A stretch of 64,000 nt of DNA from an uncultured delta proteobacterium (GTDB lineage Bacteria; Myxococcota_A; Polyangia; Polyangiales; Polyangiaceae). The notes beneath the pieces were generated by a model, which searched no databases, was not told the origin of the DNA, and saw nothing but the letters and a program-made list of their open reading frames with translations. A program made the translations under genes and the position numbers. The first letter of the stretch is position 1, and every line of letters begins with the position of its first letter. The DNA lies in the NCBI GenBank assembly GCA_963782055.1, contig CAWAIF010000003.1, positions 5,152,001-5,216,000 of the forward strand, in the 5' to 3' direction. This document shows positions 1 to 9,500 of this stretch, one piece after another.

Positions 1-2116
1 CGACCGTCACGTGCTTGATGCCCGGCACCTTGGTGATCGTGCGCTTGATCTGCCCGGCCATCTTCTCCAGCTCGTGGAGATCCGGGCCGTACACCTTGAC
101 GGCCAGCGAGCTCTTGAGGCCCGTGGACGCCTCGTCCACCGCGTCCTCCGCCGGCTGCGAGTAGTTGAAGATGACGCCAGGGAACGACTTGAGCTTTTCG
201 TCGATGGCCGCGATGAGCTGCGGCTTGGTCTTGATGGGGCCTCTCCAGGTATCGTACGGCTTGAGACCGACGTAGAATTCGCAGTTGAAGAAGCCGGTGG
301 GATCCGTGCCGTCATCCGGACGCCCGTGCTCGTCGGCGACCGTGGAGACCTCGGGGAAGCTCATCAGGAGCTTGCGCACCTTGGGCGCGAGCTTCCGCGA
401 TTCGTCGAAGCTGATGGTATGGGGCATGGTGGCCCGCACCCAGAGCGCGCCTTCGTCCAGCTTCGGCATGAACTCCGAGCCGATGCCGAGCAGGGTGAGG
501 GCGGAGACGCCGAACGCGATGACGCACGCGATCAGGGTCATCTTGGGACGCGCCAGCGCGCGATCCAGCGTCCTGAGATACCAAGCCTTGAAGGCGCCGT
601 AGATACGCCCCTCCCGATCGGTCACGCCCTTCTTCATGAACAGACTACACAGCACGGGTAGCAGCGTCAGCGTGAAGAGGAGTGTCCCGAGGAGCGCAAA
701 CACGACGGTGTCTGCCATGGGCGAGAACAGCCGCGCCTCCGGCCCAGTCAGCGCGTAGATCGGCAGATAGGCGGCGATGATGACGGCCGTGGAGTAGAAG
801 ATGGGCCGGCCCACGTCCTTGGCTGCGCCCAGCACCGCTTCGCGGATCGGCACGCTCTCCTCGCTCTCGCGCCGCTCGCCCAGCACGCGGAAGATGTTCT
901 CGACCATGATCACGCCGGCATCGACCAGGATCCCGAAGTCGACCGCGCCCAGCGACAGCAGGTTCACCGGGACGTGCCGGAGCGTGAGCAGCAAGAACGC
1001 CGTGGCCAGCGCGAGCGGTATCGTCGAAGCGACGATGAGGCCCGTGCGGAAGTTGTGGAGGAACAGGACGAGGATCAGCGTCACGAGCAGCACGCCCAGC
1101 AACAGGTTGTGCTCGACCGTCCTCGTCGTCAGCGTGATGAGGTCCGTCTGGTCGTAGTACGGATGGATCTTCACGTCGCGCGGCAAGATGCGGTCGTTGA
1201 GGTAGTTCGTCTCCTGCTGCACGCGCTTGAGCACGGTCTGGGCGGGATCGCCCGTACGCAGGAAGATCACGCCCTCGACGGCGTCGTCGCGATCCATGTA
1301 GCCGAACTGGCCGAGGCGCGGCGCGTGTCCGATGCGCACCTTGCCGAGGTCGCCGACGTGGATGGGCACTCCGTCGTGCGTGGCGACGACCACGTCCCGG
1401 ATGTCCTCGAGGTCCGTCAGGCGGCCGAGCCCGCGAACGTAGAAGAACTGGCCACCCTGCTGGTAGAACCCGCCGCCCGCGTTCTGGTTGTTGTTGCCCA
1501 GCGTGCCGAGCACGTCGGCCACGGACACGCGGTAGGTGCTGAGCAGGTTCGGGTCGAGGACGACCTGGTACTGGCGCGTGGTCCCGCCGAGCGCCGAATC
1601 GTCGGCGACGCCGGGGATGGCCTTGTACCGGCGGTAGATCGTCCAGTCCTGCAGGACCTTCAGCTCCTGCGGGGAGCGATCCGGACTATCCAGCACGTAG
1701 CGGTAGATGAGACCCGACGGCGAGAAGAGCGGCGTCATCGAAGGGGCCACGCCGTCCGGAAGCGAGGCGTCTCCCATGCGCTGGAAGATCTGCTCGCGGT
1801 TGAAGTACGGGTCCGTCTTGTATTTGAAGATCAGATTGATGTCGGACAGGCCGTAGAGCGAGACGGAACGCTGGACGTGCAACCCTGGCGCCCCGTTGGA
1901 GGCGACCTCGAGTGGAATGGTGATCAGCCGCTCGACCTCCTCGGCCGCGTGCCCAGGCCATTGCGTGACCAGCTCGACCTTCGGCGGAGACAGGTCGGGG
2001 TAGGCGTCGACCGGCGCCCGGCGGAAGGCCCAGCTGCCCGCGACCAGAGTGGCGAGCGCAGCGGCGATGACGACGAATCTCTGACGCAGCGCAGTCGCGA
2101 TCAGCTTGTGGACCAT
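1..2116 (-). CDS. CusA/CzcA family heavy-metal efflux RND transporter (3' end runs off window)
   Basis: Hand translation from ATG at 2116: MVHKLIATALRQRFVV...PVDAYPDLSPPKVELVTQWPGHAAEEVERLITIPLE, the typical HME-RND N-terminus. Lies downstream of MFP and OMF genes. Confidence 0.92.
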   Translation of the reverse strand, partial: MVHKLIATALRQRFVVIAAALATLVAGSWAFRRAPVDAYPDLSPPKVELVTQWPGHAAEEVERLITIPLEVASNGAPGLHVQRSVSLYGLSDINLIFKYKTDPYFNREQIFQRMGDASLPDGVAPSMTPLFSPSGLIYRYVLDSPDRSPQELKVLQDWTIYRRYKAIPGVADDSALGGTTRQYQVVLDPNLLSTYRVSVADVLGTLGNNNQNAGGGFYQQGGQFFYVRGLGRLTDLEDIRDVVVATHDGVPIHVGDLGKVRIGHAPRLGQFGYMDRDDAVEGVIFLRTGDPAQTVLKRVQQETNYLNDRILPRDVKIHPYYDQTDLITLTTRTVEHNLLLGVLLVTLILVLFLHNFRTGLIVASTIPLALATAFLLLTLRHVPVNLLSLGAVDFGILVDAGVIMVENIFRVLGERRESEESVPIREAVLGAAKDVGRPIFYSTAVIIAAYLPIYALTGPEARLFSPMADTVVFALLGTLLFTLTLLPVLCSLFMKKGVTDREGRIYGAFKAWYLRTLDRALARPKMTLIACVIAFGVSALTLLGIGSEFMPKLDEGALWVRATMPHTISFDESRKLAPKVRKLLMSFPEVSTVADEHGRPDDGTDPTGFFNCEFYVGLKPYDTWRGPIKTKPQLIAAIDEKLKSFPGVIFNYSQPAEDAVDEASTGLKSSLAVKVYGPDLHELEKMAGQIKRTITKVPGIKHVTV

Positions 2117-2127
2117 GAGGCGCGCTC

Positions 2128-3243
2128 CTATCGCTCGAGGCTGTCGGCGAACTGGACGAACAACGCCCCGTCGGCCAGCACCTTGTCGCCGTCCGCGAGA
2201 CCGCTCTCGAGGATGGTCTCGTCGTCCACCCCGGCGCCGAGCGTGACGTGCCGCCGCGCGAACTTGCCCTCGGCCACCTCCACGTACACGAAGGGCAGGT
2301 TGTCCGCGTCGCGCAGCACGGCGGCATCGGGGACGAGGGTCGCGACGACCGTCTTGGCCGGGATGATCTGGGCGTCGACGTACATCCCCTGCTTCAGCAG
2401 GCCGTCTTCGTTGTCCGCTGCGATGCGCACCGGGACCGTCAAGGTGTTGGGGTCGATCGAAGCTCCGATGTACGTGATCTTGCCGTCGATGGGCTTCTTC
2501 AGAACCGGGGAGCGAATGACTGCGGTGTCGCCGAGTTGCACGTCGCGCAGGTCCTGCTGGTACAGCTGCGCGATCACCCACGCCGCGGTCGGGTCGGTGA
2601 TCGTGAAGCACGGCGTGCTGCCCGCCGAGACCGCCTCGCCGACCGAGATGTTGCGGGCGACGACGGTCCCCGAGATGGGGGATCGCAACACGGCCTGGCT
2701 GCTGCTCCCGCCGGTGATGGCGGCCTGGGAGACGTCATTGGCGACGGTCGCCTCCGCGGCCTTCACGTCGAGCTCCGCCTGCTGCAGCTCCTCGAGCGAG
2801 ATGGCCTTGTGCTGGTAGAGATCCTGGTCGCGCGCGAGGATGACCTTCTTGGTCGCCAGGGCGGACCGGTCGCGCGAGATGTTGGCTGCCATCGCGGAAG
2901 AGTCCGGGCTCGCGATCGTCAGCAGGATCTGCCCCGACTTCACCTGGTCCCCTTCATGGACCTTGATGGTGGCGACCTTGCCGCTCACCAGCGGGACCAC
3001 GCGACTCGTCTTGAGCTCGTTGAAGTTGACGAGCGCGGGGACCGTCACCGGCAGCGTGACGGGCTTCTTCTTCACCGCGACGACCTGGAGGTGGGCGCGC
3101 TGGTCCTTGGGTACGGAGAAGAGGACCGCTCTGGAAGAAGCGGCCGCCGCCGCCTCGCTGTGGCCTCCGGGCCGCGAACAGCCGCAGAGCGCAGGGACGA
3201 GGAGCAGCCCGACGGCAAGGCCGAATGCGCGATGAGGGGTCAT
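2128..3243 (-). CDS. RND efflux periplasmic adaptor (CzcB/CusB-like membrane fusion protein)
   Basis: 371 aa with lipoprotein-like signal, 'VHEGDQVKSGQIL' and 'LRSPISGTVV' lipoyl-like motifs, and C-terminal 'GLADGDKVLADG'. Confidence 0.9.
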   Translation of the reverse strand: MTPHRAFGLAVGLLLVPALCGCSRPGGHSEAAAAASSRAVLFSVPKDQRAHLQVVAVKKKPVTLPVTVPALVNFNELKTSRVVPLVSGKVATIKVHEGDQVKSGQILLTIASPDSSAMAANISRDRSALATKKVILARDQDLYQHKAISLEELQQAELDVKAAEATVANDVSQAAITGGSSSQAVLRSPISGTVVARNISVGEAVSAGSTPCFTITDPTAAWVIAQLYQQDLRDVQLGDTAVIRSPVLKKPIDGKITYIGASIDPNTLTVPVRIAADNEDGLLKQGMYVDAQIIPAKTVVATLVPDAAVLRDADNLPFVYVEVAEGKFARRHVTLGAGVDDETILESGLADGDKVLADGALFVQFADSLER

Positions 3244-4526
3244 TGCAGGTCATCTCCGGAAACGAACCTGATGTTGGCGGCGGCGAGCACGGCGTTGGCC
3301 TCGGCGGTCCGGTAGGCACGCTGCACGTCGCGGTAGCTGGACTCGGCGTCGAGGAAGTCGAGCAGCGTGCCGCGGCCCGTCTCGTAGGAATGCCGGCTGA
3401 TGTCGAGCGACTCCCTCGCTTGCTTGACGAACTCGTCGTTGTAGTCGCGCAGCCGGTCTTCCACGGTCCGCCAGGCCTGGACGGCGCGGGCCGCGTCGGC
3501 GCGGATCTGCGTGCGCAGGCCCTGGATGGCGAGCGCCGACCTCTCGTAGGCGGCCCGCGCGGTCCGCACGTTGCCCTGGTTCTGGTCGAACAGCGGCACG
3601 GTCGCGGTGAGCTGCAGATCGTAGCTGCCCGCGGTCCCCGGTACGTAGTTGTAGTCGGCGAGCACGCCGACATCGGGGATGGGCTGCCGGCGCGCCTGGG
3701 TCAGGGCGGCGTGTGAGGCATCCTCCTGTGCGCGCAGCGCCTGGTAGTCGCCACGGCTCGCCAGAGCCCGCCGGACGATGGTGCTCACGACGGGCTCGCC
3801 GGGCATGCTCGGAGGCGTGAGGCTCCCGACGACCTGGTAGTTCGGCGCGAGGACCCCCTCGCCGACCAGTCGAGCCAGCTCCTCCCGGTCGTCGACCAGG
3901 TTCTGCCGTGCGTCGCGCACCGCGTCGTCCACCTGCCGGGCCTGGATGCGCAGCTTGAGCACGTCGCCGTAGGAGATCTTGCCGTCCTTGTAGCGGAGCT
4001 CGTTGATCTGCACCGACTGCTGGAAGGTCTGCTGGTCCTCCTTCGCGAAGTCGAGCAGGGACTTGTCGAGCATCACGCTCACGAACGCAGTCTCGACCGA
4101 GAGCGCCAGCTGACGGCGCGTGGCCACGCGCGTCGCCCGCGCCGCGCTGACTCCGGCTCTGGCGCTGGCGATCCCCGCGGCCCGCTTGCCGCCGAGCGGG
4201 ATCGTCCAGGCGATGCCGAACTGGTTGGGGATGGGGGCGTCGGCGGGACTGATCTGGGTGCCCAGCGCGCCCACGAAGATGTCGGGGTTCGGCAGCGCGC
4301 GCGCCTGTTCCTCGACGCCCTGCGCCGCGGACACGTCCTGCTCCGCCGCGCGGCTGTCCGGGTTGTGGGCGAGCGCGAGGTGGATGGCCATCGCGGACGT
4401 GAGCCGGTCCACCCCCTCCGCGCGCGCCGGGCGAGCGGACGAGAGGCCTGCGGCGAGAAGAGCCAGAACGGCGAGTGATCGTGTCGAAACGGCACGTGCG
4501 GACGGAGAACGGTGTTTCTTCCACAT
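3240..4526 (-). CDS. TolC/CzcC family outer membrane efflux protein
   Basis: 428 aa with signal peptide and OEP motifs 'ALAHNPD', 'PLFDQNQG', 'YETGRGTLLDFLDA'. 4-bp overlap with the adaptor gene. Confidence 0.9.
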   Translation of the reverse strand: MWKKHRSPSARAVSTRSLAVLALLAAGLSSARPARAEGVDRLTSAMAIHLALAHNPDSRAAEQDVSAAQGVEEQARALPNPDIFVGALGTQISPADAPIPNQFGIAWTIPLGGKRAAGIASARAGVSAARATRVATRRQLALSVETAFVSVMLDKSLLDFAKEDQQTFQQSVQINELRYKDGKISYGDVLKLRIQARQVDDAVRDARQNLVDDREELARLVGEGVLAPNYQVVGSLTPPSMPGEPVVSTIVRRALASRGDYQALRAQEDASHAALTQARRQPIPDVGVLADYNYVPGTAGSYDLQLTATVPLFDQNQGNVRTARAAYERSALAIQGLRTQIRADAARAVQAWRTVEDRLRDYNDEFVKQARESLDISRHSYETGRGTLLDFLDAESSYRDVQRAYRTAEANAVLAAANIRFVSGDDLQ

Positions 4527-4683
4527 GGCGTGGTGACGTTCCTTGGGAAACAGGCACGCCGCGCCGGAAGCGCGGACGGCGGGGACTGGACGAAGAAATG
4601 GTCGGCGTCGCCTCCAGCGCGACGCCCGGACGGGTCACACGAGGCGGAGTCAGCGGGAAACGGCGCGGGAGGGCGCCGTCACG

Positions 4684-5133
4684 TCACGCCGGTGGACCGA
4701 TCTTCGGAGCGAAGGCGATCTCCCGCCGGCCGGGCAGAAGTCCTTCATCGCGCGCAGGATGAACCAGACGCGTACTGGCAGGCCCTGCGATCTCGACGCC
4801 GCGCGCCGACGGGAGGCACGCCAGCCGCTCGTGAACGAGCATCGCGAGAGCGCAGCGCTCGTGCGAGACGACGTCGGCCGGGGCGTGCGCCGTCGGCCGC
4901 TTGTCCCGCGGAGCTTGCGCCGCCGTCGTGTGAAGCGCGGCGCCATCGAGGACATGCACGTCCTCCAGCCCATGGACGAGGCAGAATCGGTGCGGCACCA
5001 GGACGAAGTGCAGAAGCGCCGAAGCCTGACCCAGGATCAGGAGCACGGTGACGAGGCAGCTCAAGCATGCGACGAGGCCAGGGCGGCCGCGACCACGTCG
5101 CGGAACCTGAAGGCGGGGGGCCTCGTCAGTCAC
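4684..5133 (-). CDS. His/Cys-rich membrane-anchored leader protein (DUF2946-like) upstream of the efflux operon
   Basis: About 149 aa from GTG: one TM segment, HFVLVPHRFCLVHG and HERC motifs, C-terminal APKIGPPA. Same strand and directly upstream of the OMF gene. Confidence 0.6.
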   Translation of the reverse strand: MTDEAPRLQVPRRGRGRPGLVACLSCLVTVLLILGQASALLHFVLVPHRFCLVHGLEDVHVLDGAALHTTAAQAPRDKRPTAHAPADVVSHERCALAMLVHERLACLPSARGVEIAGPASTRLVHPARDEGLLPGRREIAFAPKIGPPA

Positions 5134-5350
5134 GCGGGAAGAAGAGCACCGGACCGGAGGCGAGACAAGGCAATCTACACGCGAACGACGCCGCCCGTGC
5201 CGTCCCGTGCGCGAGAAGGTCGGCCTCGGCGTGGCGCGGCGCGTGCTGCGGGAGGTGGCGAGCGCGTGGTGCGGAGGCTCACTCGCGTGGACGAGGTCGG
5301 GTGGACGGCGGCCAATCCCCGCGTCGCCGTTTGGCGGGTACAATGAGCCC

Positions 5351-5818
5351 ATGACGCGCCGGGTCGCCGTTCGATGGTTGGGCTTGCTCGGGGCCGCGTC
5401 GCTCGCGCTCGCCTGCGCGCAGCGCTCCGGCGCGAAGCCCGAGAGCGTCGCGCTCGCGCCGCCGCCGGACGCCTCGGCGGCAGCCGCGCGCTCGCCCCTC
5501 GTCACGCCTGGGGCCGCGTCTCCGGAGGAGGCGTGGCGCGAGCTGTGCGCCGCCATGCGCGACGGGAGGCCGGTCGAGCCCTTCGCCACGAGCGCGGGCA
5601 TCGAGTCGCTGGAGGCGCAGGTGCGGGGCGAGCCGCGCGCGACGGCATTCGCGCGCTGGGGCGCGAGCTGGAGCTCTCCTCAATGGGAAGTCCGGTGGCG
5701 AAGCCGCGGCGGCAGCCGCGCCGAGGCCGTCGCCGGCCCCGAGTCCAAGGAGCATGGACTGGTGTTCGTGCGCACGCCCGACGGGTGGAAGCTCAATCGA
5801 TGGGTCCCCGGCGAGTGA
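5351..5818 (+). CDS. hypothetical lipoprotein
   Basis: MTRRVAVRWLGLLGAASLALAC lipobox. Confidence 0.6.
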   Translation: MTRRVAVRWLGLLGAASLALACAQRSGAKPESVALAPPPDASAAAARSPLVTPGAASPEEAWRELCAAMRDGRPVEPFATSAGIESLEAQVRGEPRATAFARWGASWSSPQWEVRWRSRGGSRAEAVAGPESKEHGLVFVRTPDGWKLNRWVPGE

Positions 5819-6450
5819 CGCGGTCTCGACTCCTCGCGACGCTCGCGCTCGCCACCGGCCTCGCCGCGGCTCGGTGCGGTGGCGGGCTCGGGGCGAGGGA
5901 CGGCGCGGCCCAGAGGTCACCGAGGTCGGGCGCGCCGAGCGGTGATGCGAGCGAGACCGCCGCTCCGGCGGAGTCGGCGCGTGCAATCGTCAGAACGCCC
6001 GACGACGCGGGGATCGCGGACCCGCCGACCGTCGACGAGCAAGCCGAGGCGAACGCGCGGTGGCTCGCGGCCTGCGCTCCGACCGTGGCCGGCCAGCCGC
6101 CGGTCGTGCACGTGGACGCGCCCGGGCAGGGTCTGGCGTTCGAGCCGATTCGCCGCGTGCTGCGTCGCGACGCCGCCGGGCAAGTCGCGCAGTGCGTGGA
6201 CGACGCACGCAAGGGGGCGCCCCGGCTGAAGGGCGCCGTCCTCGTGCGCTTCGTCGCGACACCCGACGGGACGCTCACCGGAGCCCGCGTGCTCGTCGGT
6301 CCCGGGGATGACGCCTTTCACGCGTGCCTGGTCGACGCCCTTCGGAAGCCGAAGGTCCCGAAGGTTGGCGAGGCAAACGTGACGGTCTCGGGAGTGCCGG
6401 TGGTGCTCTGCGCGGACGGACGCACGCTGCTCTGGCCCGCGCGGCCCTGA
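5815..6450 (+). CDS. lipoprotein with AgmX/PglI (TonB C-terminal-like) domain
   Basis: GTGA overlap with the previous gene. 'VAQCVDDARKGAPRLKGAVLVRFVATPDG...FHACLVDALR' resembles the myxobacterial AgmX/PglI C-domain pattern. Confidence 0.6.
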   Translation: MTRSRLLATLALATGLAAARCGGGLGARDGAAQRSPRSGAPSGDASETAAPAESARAIVRTPDDAGIADPPTVDEQAEANARWLAACAPTVAGQPPVVHVDAPGQGLAFEPIRRVLRRDAAGQVAQCVDDARKGAPRLKGAVLVRFVATPDGTLTGARVLVGPGDDAFHACLVDALRKPKVPKVGEANVTVSGVPVVLCADGRTLLWPARP

Positions 6451-6575
6451 CGCAGACGGTGTCTGGGCTCGGGAGCCGTGAGCTCACTGGCGTGGAGTCC
6501 CCCGGCACCGGCCTGCCGCCGTGCACGCGGGCGAGCACGAGCCCGAGCATGGGGCCCGGAGGGCCCCCCAGGAAA

Positions 6576-9500
6576 TCACCCCAGCTGAAACGCCTTCTGA
6601 AACGTCTGCAAGAGCCCCACGTCGTTGCTCTTCACCGCCCCGCTCATGAACTCCGCCACGCCCGGCACGTACGCCTCCCGCACGATGCGCGTGAAGATCT
6701 CCGGCGTCGTCTTGAGCACGCAGTCGGCCACGCCGCCCTCCGGCTTGCCGCTCGCGACCTCGCACTTGTGCGGGTCCACCCGCAGCGTCCACTTGGAGTG
6801 CTCGTCTGCGCCAAGGGTGAAGTAGAAGCTCACCGCCTTGTCCACCGCGCCAGGCTTGAACTTGGTCTCCAGCTCCTGGAAGAGCGCCACCAGCGGGTGG
6901 GGGCCCTTGTCGCGCCCCGCCTCCTCCGCGCTGCCCATCTTGGACAGGTCGAGCACTCCGCCCTCTTTCAGAGCGAGCACCGCTTCGCGCGCCAGGCGCG
7001 CCACCTCCCGGGCCGCCTCGGCGGGCGTCTTGCCGGCGGTGAGGCGGCGCAGGTCGGACACGCGCAGCGGCATGCCGATGCGCGCGTTGATGCGCCGGCG
7101 CATCGGAACCACGGCGCCACGGGGCATCGCCTCGTAGGTGCCGCCCAGGAAGACCGGCAGGATGTCCACGCCGTGGGCGAGCGCCAGGTGCCCCACCATC
7201 GGCTTGAACTCCTGCACGTCGCCGGTCGGCGTGCGGGTGCCCTCCGGGAAGAGGAGCACCGTCTTGCCGCCGGCGATGACCTCGCTCGCCTGCCGCAGGC
7301 TCTGGCGCACGCCGCCCTTGCGGTCGATGGCCTTGAGGTTGGTGAAGTTCTCGAAGAAGGCGCGCTTGAGGCCCTGGTCGAAGAAGTAGTCCTGCGCGGC
7401 CAGGGAGATGACGTCCTCGCCGTAGGTGCCGAGCGCGTGCCGCACGAACCCCATGTCCAGGTGGCTGGTGTGGTTGGCCACCACGATGGTGTTGCGGTTG
7501 TGCGGGATGAAGGCGCGGCCGGAGACCTTCGGCTTCATCACCTGGCCGTAGAAGGCGTCCTGCAGCTTGCCGATGAAGCCCTTGGCGGCGTCCTGGACCT
7601 GCTCGGGCAGCACGAGGGGCGCCTTCGCGGTCTCGCGGCCCTCGATCCGGGCGCCGGCGGCCCGCTCGGTCTTGTGGAACCTGGAGCGCGCCGCCTCGAA
7701 GAGGCGCTCCACGTCCTCCACGCTGCGGCAGGCCTGCAGCTGCGCCGGGTCGATCACGCGGCCGCGCGCCTCGAGGGCGTCGAGCAGCTCGGTGAGCATC
7801 AACGAGTCGAAGCCGAGCTCGCCCTGCATCGTGGTGTGGGCGCCCAGCTCGCGCGCCGGGCGGCCGGAGACCGCGGCGATCGCCACGCGCACCGGGCCGA
7901 GCTCGGCGCTTGCGTCGTCGGGGGCGGCGGTGGCGGCGATGAGGCGCTCCAGGATGGACCGCACCTCCGGCCGCTTCGCCTTGCGCGTGGCGGTGCGCGG
8001 GAGCGGCGCGTCGTACAGGTGCACGATCGCGGGCTGCTGCCCGTACGGGAGCTTGGCGATCGCCGCGCGCAGGCTCGCCATCGCCCGCGCGTTGCGATCG
8101 GCCCGCGCGGCGAGGCTGTCCGGCGCGGCGGGGTCCGGCGACGGCGCCGGCGGCAGCGACTCGCCTGTCGACGGGCGCACGCCCTCCGGCACCGCGAGGC
8201 ACCCGACGCGCTCGCCGCCCGCCGGCGCGGCCACGCCCACGACGGCCAGCTCGGCGATGCCGGTCACCTCGCCCAGGGCGCGCTCCACGTCGTCGGGGTA
8301 GACGTTCTCGCCGGTGGTGGTGACGATGACGTCCTTGATGCGGCCGACGATGTGCAGCCGCCCGCGCTTGTCCAGCTTGCCGAGATCGCCGGTCTTCAGC
8401 CAGCCGTCCTCGGTCAGCACCTGGCGCGTCGCCTCCTCGTCGGTGTAGCCGGCCATCACGTTGGGGCCGCGCGCCATCACCTCGCCGACGCCGGTCTCGT
8501 CGGCGTTCTCGATCGTCACCTCCACGCCGGGGATGGGCTTGCCCACCTGCCCCGACAGCGCGCGCGGCGAAGGCTGCGAGACGGTGAGGACCGGCGCGGC
8601 CTCCGTCAGGCCGTAGCCCTCGGTGAGCGGCAGGCCCAGGCCGGCGAAGAGCTGGTGCGTCTCCTTCGGCAGAGCGGCGCCGCCGGAGATGAGGATGCGC
8701 AGGCTGCCGCCGAGCGCCTGGTGGACCGGCCCGAAGAGGAGCTTGCCGGCGTCGACGCCCGTCGCCCTGCCCAGCTTGCGGTTCATGTCGGTCGCCAGGT
8801 CGAAGAGCGTGCCGGCGAGCTTGCCGCGGCCCTCCACCTGCGACCGGATGCGCCGCTCCAGGAGCTGCCAGAGCGCGGGGACTCCCACCATCGCCGTGGC
8901 GCGTCCGAGCTCCAGGCCGTGAGCCAGCCGCTCGCCGGAGAGCTCGTCCAGGTACTGCACGCGCGCGCCGCGCGAGAAGGGCAGCAGCAGCCCGCAGGTG
9001 AACTCGAAGGTGTGGTGCAGCGGCAGGACGCTGAGCACGCGGTCGCGCTCGCCCAGCGGGAAGATTGGCGCGAGCGCGGCGATGAGCGAGGCGAAGTTCT
9101 TGTGGGTGAGCCGCACGCCCTTGGGCTTGCCGGTGGTGCCGCTGGTGAAGATGACGCTGGCGACGTCGTCCTCCTCCACCTCCACGGCCGGCGGGACCAG
9201 GCTCGCGTCCTCGGCCGTCGTCTGGTGCAGGTCGAGCGGGCGCAGGCCCGGGAGCAGACCGGCGAGCTCCTCGCCGCTGCGCTCGCGCACGTGCGCGTCG
9301 AAGAGCGCCACCTCCGCGCCGGACTCGCGCGCGACGTTGGCGAGCGCTCGCGCCTCCATCTCCGGGTCCACGGGCACCGCCGTCGCGCCGGCGCGCAGGA
9401 TGCCGAAGTACGCGATGGCCCAGTCGGGGTGGTTGCGGGCGGAGAGCAGGACGAGGTCGCCCTTCTTCACCCCGGCGGCGGCGAGGCGCGCGGCCGTCGC

